Virus record (IMG/VR): IMGVR_UViG_3300033149_002817
Location: 31,585 to 95,584 of that record
Length of the DNA stretch: 64,000 nucleotides
Source of the DNA: a virus
Strand: one strand, 5' to 3'
The position numbers and the translations under genes are program-made. This document shows, one piece after another, positions 56,915-64,000 of the stretch. A model generated the notes under the pieces. The model was not told the origin of the DNA, searched no databases, and worked only from the letters and a program-made list of their open reading frames with translations. The first letter of the stretch is position 1. Every line of letters begins with the position of its first letter.

Positions 56915-59900
56915 GTCCGTTGTGCGAGAAGTGCCCGCTGAACGCGGCGCAGGGATGTGCTCCCGTTCTACCGAAGATGCACGCGCCGGAGCATGAGCCG
57001 CGTTACCTCGTGCTTGGGGAGGCGCCCGGACCGACGGAGGTGCAGCGCGGTATCCCCTTCGTCGGCGACGCGGGAGGGATGCTGCGCGAAACGCTTGTCG
57101 AAGCGAAGATCGACATCAACGACTGCATCTTCGCGAACGCGACGTGGTGTATGCCGCACAAGGACGGCATGGCGACGAAGTTCCGCAAGCCGACACCTGA
57201 GGAGACGAGCGCCTGCCTTCCGCACACGCTGCGACTCATAGAAAAGCACTCCCCTCCGGTCATCATACTCGCCGGCAACGCGGCTCTCGAAGCCTTCACG
57301 GGCCTGAAGAAGATCACCGCGGAGCGGGGCAACGTCTACCGTCTCGGCGACTTCTACCAGCGCCTCCCCCGGTCGCTGCGCTACCTCGACTACCACAAAT
57401 GGGCGGGCGACAACGCGCCGGATGCGCTGGACGGATTCTGGCGCTACCGCTTCAAGGCCGCAGACGGGACGGTTGCGCAGCTGCAGATGGACGGCGCGCA
57501 AGAGCACGGCTACCGCCCGTTCCTTGAGGATAAGACGACGGTCGTCCCGGTCTTTCACCCGAGCTACGTCCTGCGTGAGGGAAAGGGCACGAAGACGCAC
57601 AGCCTCTTCCGTTCTGATCTCCTCTCTGCAACGACGATCGGCAAGCTTGCGAGCGTCGAGAAGAAGTACAGCGTCATCAACGATTTCGACGCTCTCGAAC
57701 GCTACGCTGATGAGACCATCGAGATGCACCGTTCCGGCACGTGCGACTTCATCGCGGTCGACGTCGAGGGTTCAGAGGAGCTGGGCGAGAAGTACATCTG
57801 GATGAGCCCCTTCCACCCGCGCACACGCATTTTCACGGTGCAGGTGTCGCGCGAGGACCACGAGGGTGTGCTCATCCTCGTGAACCACGTCGATAGCGTC
57901 TTCAACACGCCCTTCATGCTCCGCAAGTTCATCGCGGTCTTCTCTCGGCTGCTGCATGCGGTGCCGGTCGTCGGCCACAACTACGAGTTCGACTACAAGT
58001 TCCTCCGCTGCAAGCTGGGCATCAAAGACTACAAGGTCGTCGGCGACACGTTGCTCGCGGATCACTGGCTGACGATGGGTCAGGACGTCATGCGGAACCT
58101 GCCGGCGATCGGTCGGCGCTACCTTGGCGCGCCGAACCACAAGGTGGAGATGCGGGCCTGGCGTCTCACGAACCCCGGGAAGACGTTCGAGGACGCACCA
58201 CGCGACATAGAGACGCGCTACGGATGCCTTAGTGGTAACAGTCTTGTACAGCTCGGAGACGGCTCGTGGAGGCAGATTCGTGCTCTCGTGCAAGATCGCT
58301 ATGACGGGACCGTGAAGGCTGTTGTGGATGGTTGTGTGGTAGATGCGACCGTGACGGGGTGGCATCGTGCTGACGTTCGTCAACGCGAGTGGTACAGGCT
58401 TGTCACCTCGACGACGCCGGACGGGTCCGGCCCGCTGTTTACACCAGAACACGAGATATACACGGACCGTGGTCGTGTTCGTGTGGATGAGTTGCAAGCT
58501 GGCGTTGATTCCATTCTCACAGACGAGAACACGTTCTCTTCGGATCAGATGTCGGTCTTTCTCGGTACGGTTCTCGGGGATGGCGGACTGGGGGGCCGTA
58601 ACGGTAAGTCTGTTGGGCTGCGCTTCGGTCAGCGTAGCAGCTGCGTTGGTTATGCGGAGTGGAAGGCGGCGGTGTTTGCCCCGTTCTCTCCTAAGCACAT
58701 ACAAGCACCCGACAAATTTGTTCGCTACGCTCTTCCCTACTCTCGGTACCTCGCGTCCCTCTTGCGATTGTTCCCAAAACGCAAGCGGGAGGATCACGGT
58801 CACTGCAAGACGAAGATCACGGGCAACGTCCTATCCCTACTTGGTGTTCTCGGGCTTGCGGTGTGGTATCAGGACGACGGCACACTCGTGAAGAACCGAG
58901 ACGCTTCCAGAATCTATGCGAAGCTGCCTGACGAAGAAGCGCAGCTACTTGTCTCCTGGCTTCAGCGGTTGTTCGGTTCGGAGGTCGCGTACAACGAGAG
59001 GCAGGGGTTCGTCAGAATTCGCGGTGGCGCTTTTCAAGAGTTTCACAAAGTAATAGCTCCGTTTGTGCATCCGTCGATGGCGTACAAGAGCCCGTTGACG
59101 ATAGTCGGAAGCGAGGTTATTTCTCCAGAGGCAGGCCCGTTGTTCTACGAGCTGTTAGAGCGCGTTGAACCGGCACACCCGGATGTACTTGCGGCGCGTG
59201 GATGGGGTGTACGCTTCTGCCTGACAGTTCCGGAGGCTGGTAACTTCGTAACGCATGTTGGCGTTGTAGCGAACTGCGGCGACACGGACGTGACGCGGCT
59301 GGTCTACAAAGAGCAGGTTGAGCAGCTTCGCGACGAGGAGCGCTACGACGACTACTACAGGCTCTACTTCGGCCAGCATGAGTCATGGCAGGCTATCGTA
59401 GACATGATGTACCACGGCATGCTCTACGATCCCGTCGAGTGGGGCAAGCTGAACGAGCGCTTCCCCGAGCGTATCACTACCGTACGGCAGAAGCTCAATG
59501 CGAATCCGCACGTGCTCAACTTGATTGAGCACAGCCGCAAGCAGCACAACATGCGGGCTGAGGAGTACAACTACGAGCTGAAGGAGTCCGGTAACAAGCG
59601 CAAGAAGCCGCGGACGCTTTACGACGCCTCGACGTGGTACCACGAGGTGGAGACCGACAAGAAGACGGGCGAGACGAAGCATACCCGCTGGTGGAACCCG
59701 AGTAGTGACAAGGCGTATGATGCTCTCGTGCTGCATGGGCTCGGCATCATGGATCACAAGCACTTCTTCAACGACTTGGAGACCCGCGAGAGGGGCGACA
59801 CACCGAAGCGGTCCGAGCACAATCGGGCCATCTTCACGTCGGCTTTTGCACGTATGGCGAGAATGGCGCGGGAGGCGCTGGCGGAGGTCGAGGGGAAGAA

Positions 59901-62097
59901 CGACCAGCGCGCGGCCATTCAGATGCACACGCACAACGCTACGGTGTACTCCTCTGCGTCTGAGCTGTTTGCCCTGACGAACCAGCTCGCGTCGCTGACG
60001 AAGACGAACAGCACGTACGTGCGCGGCGTACCGAAGCTCACGGCCGACTACCCGGTCGACGACAAGAACCCCGCGGACGTGCGCAGCCGCATGCTTCCCA
60101 TCTACCGCCCCTTCGCGGACCAGCCCCTCGCCTATTGCCTGCACTCCGAGCTGAAGATGCACGGCACGGTGAGCGGCCGGCTGTCCAGCGCGAACCCGAA
60201 CGGGCAGAACTGGCCGAAGCGTAAGGCTGACAAAGAGACGGACGTCACGAGGATCTACATCTCTCGGTGGTGTGGTCGCGGTGGCCTCCTGCTCGGCGCA
60301 GACTACTGTCTCGTAGCTGGTACGCCGGTCGTTACCGCGGATGGTGTGATGCCCATCGAGGAGGTCGTAGAGAAGCTGCCTCCTGTGCTCTCGTCTCCCG
60401 ACGGTCGCACGGTCGAGTTCCAACGTACGACTCGGGGTGCTTTGGTGGGGACGCTTCCCATCGTTGAGATGATGTTGGAAGACGGAAGCGTCGTCCGGTG
60501 TACGGAAGACCACAAGTGGATGCGGTTCGACGGGTCGATGGCAAAGACCTCGGAGCTACGTCCGGGTGACCGGCTTGCGCACGTACGTTCAGGGCTCTCG
60601 GGGCACTATCCGACGTGGTATATGCGGAGCAACCGTGATTACGCTTACCAGCACCACGCCCTTGCGGACTTCCTCTTTCCGAGTTCTCGCGAAGGGCGAC
60701 ACAGACGTGAGCTTGAAGTCGATCACATAGATGGGGACATCGACAATAACACGCGCGAGAACCTACGTGTCATTTCTCGGGTGGAGAACAGAGGGCAGGG
60801 CGGTAAGCGTTGGTGGACCGAAGCATCCGATGAGGAGCGCAAGGAACGATCTCGCAAGCTTGTGGCGGGGCAGGCGAAGCGTCGGTCCTACACAGGTTCC
60901 GGGAATCCGAACTTCGGAAAGACGAAGAAGGTGGAGGCGGTGTGCCCGACGTGCGGTGTGACCTTCCATGCCGCGCCGTCCGCGCGTAAGAAGTTTTGCT
61001 CTAAGTCGTGCTACACGCCGGAACGACGTAGCGCTGCGCGTAAGCGTGGGAGCGGGAACCATCGCGTCAGGTCGATCAAACCTGTCGGTGTGGCACCGGT
61101 TTATCAGATTACCGTTGAGGGTACACACAACTATGTGCTTGGGAACGGGCTCGTCAGTGGCAACTCACAAATCGAGGTGAGGGTTATGGTTATGCTCGCT
61201 GTCGCGCGAGACATAGCTGTTGCGATTGACAAGGGTCTCGACATCCACAAGGTCATGGCGTCGCGCGTGTACCGCTGCGCCTATGAGGAGGTCACGAAGG
61301 CGCAGCGCACGCCGACGAAGAGCATCACCTTCGGCATCCTCTACGGTCAGGGTGTCAACGCGCTCGCGACGAAGCTGCAGATAGCGAAGGAAGAAGCAGA
61401 AGCACTGGTTAAGGTGTTCTTCGATCAGATTCCCGAGGTCAAGCTGCTCATCGACCGCTACCACGCGTTCGCTGAGGAGAACGGCTACATCGACACTCTC
61501 TTCAATCGGCTTCGTTACATCCCGACGGCGCAGAGCAAGAAGCAGTATGAGGTCGCGGGCGCAAAGCGGCGTGCGGTCAACACCCCGATTCAGTCGGCCG
61601 CGAGCGACATGACGCTGTCGGCGATCGGAAGGTGCTGGAAGACGGCGAAGGCGCTGGGGATCCCGAACGGCATTCCGTGGCTTACCATTCACGACGCGCA
61701 GTATTGGGATACGCTCGACTGCACCTTTGACCTCATGGAGCTGATCTACTATCAGATGGCGCTTGCCCCCTACGAGTTGTGGGATTGGGTCATGTGCCGG
61801 CCCGAAGCGGAGTTTGACCTCGGGACGACTTGGGGCACGATGGTCGAAGCGAGCTTCCTCTGGGAGGACCGGGAGACGTACGTGTTCGATAAGGAACACC
61901 TCAACCTCACTGGCTCGCCGGGGAAGCTTGACCTCGTGTGTGACGAGTGGCGTGGGCTCAAGGTCATCGGGGAGAAGGAACATGCGCACGAGCCGGGGAA
62001 GCTCGTGCGCACGGTCCGGGTCAAGCGTGATCGAGTTTACTGCACGATTGAGAAGAAGCGGTTAGTGGACGGCAGCGGCTCTATCGTGAAAATCTGA
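56899..62097 (+). CDS. Family A DNA polymerase with N-terminal family-4 UDG, 3'-5' exonuclease and two inteins
   Basis: UDG: CxxCPL, GEAPG..E...PFVG.AG, HPS; exo: DVE, HNYEFD, YGCGD after splicing; pol: SGRLSS.NPN.QN, ADYSQIE after splicing, R...K.ITFG.LYG, N.PIQ..A.D, IHDA. Confidence 0.95.
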   Translation: MRVQLSPLCEKCPLNAAQGCAPVLPKMHAPEHEPRYLVLGEAPGPTEVQRGIPFVGDAGGMLRETLVEAKIDINDCIFANATWCMPHKDGMATKFRKPTPEETSACLPHTLRLIEKHSPPVIILAGNAALEAFTGLKKITAERGNVYRLGDFYQRLPRSLRYLDYHKWAGDNAPDALDGFWRYRFKAADGTVAQLQMDGAQEHGYRPFLEDKTTVVPVFHPSYVLREGKGTKTHSLFRSDLLSATTIGKLASVEKKYSVINDFDALERYADETIEMHRSGTCDFIAVDVEGSEELGEKYIWMSPFHPRTRIFTVQVSREDHEGVLILVNHVDSVFNTPFMLRKFIAVFSRLLHAVPVVGHNYEFDYKFLRCKLGIKDYKVVGDTLLADHWLTMGQDVMRNLPAIGRRYLGAPNHKVEMRAWRLTNPGKTFEDAPRDIETRYGCLSGNSLVQLGDGSWRQIRALVQDRYDGTVKAVVDGCVVDATVTGWHRADVRQREWYRLVTSTTPDGSGPLFTPEHEIYTDRGRVRVDELQAGVDSILTDENTFSSDQMSVFLGTVLGDGGLGGRNGKSVGLRFGQRSSCVGYAEWKAAVFAPFSPKHIQAPDKFVRYALPYSRYLASLLRLFPKRKREDHGHCKTKITGNVLSLLGVLGLAVWYQDDGTLVKNRDASRIYAKLPDEEAQLLVSWLQRLFGSEVAYNERQGFVRIRGGAFQEFHKVIAPFVHPSMAYKSPLTIVGSEVISPEAGPLFYELLERVEPAHPDVLAARGWGVRFCLTVPEAGNFVTHVGVVANCGDTDVTRLVYKEQVEQLRDEERYDDYYRLYFGQHESWQAIVDMMYHGMLYDPVEWGKLNERFPERITTVRQKLNANPHVLNLIEHSRKQHNMRAEEYNYELKESGNKRKKPRTLYDASTWYHEVETDKKTGETKHTRWWNPSSDKAYDALVLHGLGIMDHKHFFNDLETRERGDTPKRSEHNRAIFTSAFARMARMAREALAEVEGKNDQRAAIQMHTHNATVYSSASELFALTNQLASLTKTNSTYVRGVPKLTADYPVDDKNPADVRSRMLPIYRPFADQPLAYCLHSELKMHGTVSGRLSSANPNGQNWPKRKADKETDVTRIYISRWCGRGGLLLGADYCLVAGTPVVTADGVMPIEEVVEKLPPVLSSPDGRTVEFQRTTRGALVGTLPIVEMMLEDGSVVRCTEDHKWMRFDGSMAKTSELRPGDRLAHVRSGLSGHYPTWYMRSNRDYAYQHHALADFLFPSSREGRHRRELEVDHIDGDIDNNTRENLRVISRVENRGQGGKRWWTEASDEERKERSRKLVAGQAKRRSYTGSGNPNFGKTKKVEAVCPTCGVTFHAAPSARKKFCSKSCYTPERRSAARKRGSGNHRVRSIKPVGVAPVYQITVEGTHNYVLGNGLVSGNSQIEVRVMVMLAVARDIAVAIDKGLDIHKVMASRVYRCAYEEVTKAQRTPTKSITFGILYGQGVNALATKLQIAKEEAEALVKVFFDQIPEVKLLIDRYHAFAEENGYIDTLFNRLRYIPTAQSKKQYEVAGAKRRAVNTPIQSAASDMTLSAIGRCWKTAKALGIPNGIPWLTIHDAQYWDTLDCTFDLMELIYYQMALAPYELWDWVMCRPEAEFDLGTTWGTMVEASFLWEDRETYVFDKEHLNLTGSPGKLDLVCDEWRGLKVIGEKEHAHEPGKLVRTVRVKRDRVYCTIEKKRLVDGSGSIVKI
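58225..59274 (+). mobile_element. Intein 1 (350 aa) with LAGLIDADG endonuclease, in Exo III motif
   Basis: CLSG start, TPEH block B, LGTVLGDG and WYQDDG, ends VVAN before C. Confidence 0.92.
60307..61164 (+). mobile_element. Intein 2 (286 aa) with HNH endonuclease and Zn finger, in polymerase motif A
   Basis: CLVAGT start, CTEDH, VDHIDG...NN..ENL....EN, CPTC..FCSKSC, ends VSGN before S. Confidence 0.92.
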
Positions 62098-62138
62098 CGA
62101 CGTAGTGCGGGAAATCACGCTTGGGGCCGATTAGATAG

Positions 62139-62798
62139 ATGGAGGTTGGCATGGACGGCAAGCGGATCGTTCTCTGCGGCGCAGCGAGTGAGCGTGGCGG
62201 TTACGTCGCGGAGGTGCTCAGGCAGCGCGGACATAGGGTCTTCGGTGTTGGGCTTCACGGGCCGGACTACGCGGTCGACTTTGCGCTTGCGGGCGACGAC
62301 GTCGCGGAGGCGGTCTTCTCGCGCGCGTTCGCGGCCTTCGACGGTTTCCCTGACACGCTCGTCATCCTGTCGTCGAGGCACTTCACCGGAGAGATGGCGG
62401 ATCATACGCCGACGATCATCAACCAGGGCATGAGCATCAACTTCGTTGTGCCGTTCCTGCTCCTGCAGCGCTTCTGCGACAACGTCGACAAGCACCGTGT
62501 TGACAACGCGTCAGCGGTGTTCGTGCTCGGGGCGGGCAACACGCCGCACGCCTACACCTACAACGCATCGAAGGCGGCGCTACGCTCGGTGCTGAAGACG
62601 CTTTCGCTTGACCTTGTCGAGGGGGAGTCGGTACCCGTGCGCCTGTTCGGAATCGCGCGGACGTGTCCGCACTGCTCGCCACACAATCGGCCTGACGCGC
62701 CGTCAGACATGGCGAACGTGGTTGTCTACATGATTGAGGACGCGCCCGCCTTCATGAGCGGGACCGTCCTCACACTGGGGGGAGGTGTTGGTGGCTGA
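62139..62798 (+). CDS. Short-chain dehydrogenase/reductase-like protein
   Basis: Rossmann-like IVLCGA...GG.VA; YNASK (YxxxK); SG.VLT.GGG. Confidence 0.75.
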   Translation: MEVGMDGKRIVLCGAASERGGYVAEVLRQRGHRVFGVGLHGPDYAVDFALAGDDVAEAVFSRAFAAFDGFPDTLVILSSRHFTGEMADHTPTIINQGMSINFVVPFLLLQRFCDNVDKHRVDNASAVFVLGAGNTPHAYTYNASKAALRSVLKTLSLDLVEGESVPVRLFGIARTCPHCSPHNRPDAPSDMANVVVYMIEDAPAFMSGTVLTLGGGVGG

Positions 62799-63297
62799 CC
62801 TGACCATATGGCGGAGGCTGTTCGTGGAGTTGTGTGAGACCCTTGACGGCTCGGAGGTTCCGCTACTCGACGAGGAAGGAGCGCGGAACCTCAACGCGGT
62901 CATCGACATTCTGGAGTCCAAGTTCAAGCTCGAACAGCTTGGGCCTGCGATGTGGGATGCTCCCGGGGTCGCGGCGATTACGGCCTTCTACGCGCGTACG
63001 TTCCGCCACCGCACGAACCAGCAGAAGGACATCCTTGACGAGACGGCTGCGGTCTTCTACGTCGGCGAGAAGAAGGTTCTCAACGTGACGGGTAAGGTGC
63101 CGTCTGACCGTTCCATTGACGAGCAGGTCAAGACACACGGACCGTACGTGCAGCACAAGCGCTGGCACGTCCGGCTGACGCACTACGCGTCGAAATTAGG
63201 TGAACTGCACGAACTCATGACTGTACGTTGTCGGCTGCTCGAACAGCTCAGCAACAACTACAGGCAGGAGCGGCGCATAGAGGAGGAGATGGCGTAG
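62785..63297 (+). CDS. Helical protein, possibly UvsY-like recombination mediator
   Basis: Coiled-coil character and position before SSB only. Confidence 0.45.
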   Translation: MLVADLTIWRRLFVELCETLDGSEVPLLDEEGARNLNAVIDILESKFKLEQLGPAMWDAPGVAAITAFYARTFRHRTNQQKDILDETAAVFYVGEKKVLNVTGKVPSDRSIDEQVKTHGPYVQHKRWHVRLTHYASKLGELHELMTVRCRLLEQLSNNYRQERRIEEEMA

Positions 63298-64000
63298 TGG
63301 TCGACATCAATGCACTTGGTGTGCAGACGGTTGAGGGCATTCGCGCCGCGAAGGCGCAACTTGACGCGGACAGCCAGCCAGACAAGCGGTTCTTCAAGGT
63401 GCCGAAGTCGACGAAGGTCTACTTCTACATCCTGCCGCCGTGGTCGGTGAAGGCGAACGGGTTCTTCGGCAAGGTCGTCTTCAAGTGGTGGTTCCCGAAG
63501 GCGTGGAAGACGAACCCCGTCATCGGGCTGAAGACGTGGAACATGGGGGAAAAGGATCCTATCGAGATCGCCGTTGAGGAGGTCCAGAAGCTCAGCAGGG
63601 ACGTGCGCAAGTCCGTTTCGCTGAACAAGCGGGCGCACATGAACATCCTGCTCATGGGCCGCGAGAAGTACGACGAATCCGGTAACATGATCCAGGCGTT
63701 CACGCCGTACGAGGACAAGGCGCAGCGCGAGCACCTTGCGCAGATCGCGGACTTTCCCACGAGCATCTACAACGAGATTATGACCCTCGTGATGGGTCTC
63801 GGTGAGGACAGCCTCATCACTGCCATGCACGCTGCGACTCCGGTGTGGGTCAAACGCGATCACGGCGAGCGGCTCGACACGAAGTACAGCGTCGGCATGC
63901 TCATGAAGGACGTCACCGCTGGTGGTCCCGGTGGTCGTATCACGCGTAACGTGTTCGCCGAAAGCGAGGCCCGCCGCGTCGAGATCATCTCGTCGATGTA
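63297..64000 (+). CDS. gp32-like ssDNA-binding protein (3' partial, not in ORF track)
   Basis: GTG start; FFK......ILPP....FF, KDPI, G.RLDTKYSV; open to window end. Confidence 0.7.
   Translation, partial: MVDINALGVQTVEGIRAAKAQLDADSQPDKRFFKVPKSTKVYFYILPPWSVKANGFFGKVVFKWWFPKAWKTNPVIGLKTWNMGEKDPIEIAVEEVQKLSRDVRKSVSLNKRAHMNILLMGREKYDESGNMIQAFTPYEDKAQREHLAQIADFPTSIYNEIMTLVMGLGEDSLITAMHAATPVWVKRDHGERLDTKYSVGMLMKDVTAGGPGGRITRNVFAESEARRVEIISSM

Noticed and set aside
1-64000. Stop-codon reassignment
   Set aside because: Conserved genes are full length in the standard code and end at TAG, TGA and TAA at expected positions

Overview
GC-rich segment of a large contractile-tailed (myovirus-like) dsDNA phage, almost all on the + strand, with structural genes distantly related to T4. 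Order: C-terminal part of a gp23-like major capsid gene (1-1151); small probable head-internal proteins; neck genes; a ~12.7 kb block of appendage-like genes (7055-19783) with an M14 zinc peptidase-Kelch-lectin giant and five mosaic tandem paralogs; tail terminator, sheath, tube, hub chaperones, tape measure, baseplate and fibres (19793-44532), interrupted by three free-standing homing endonuclease genes; a lipoprotein; an orphan PAS histidine kinase; an early region of small ORFs organised by a repeated sigma70-type promoter element; a short minus-strand operon; an AT-richer ~1 kb non-coding stretch; and a replication module (SF2 helicase, DnaB-like helicase, primase, sigma-like protein, UDG-exonuclease-PolA fusion with two inteins, SDR enzyme, gp32-like SSB). 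I saw no tRNA, rRNA, CRISPR array, integrase or reverse transcriptase. All calls come from motif reading by eye; no database search was run.
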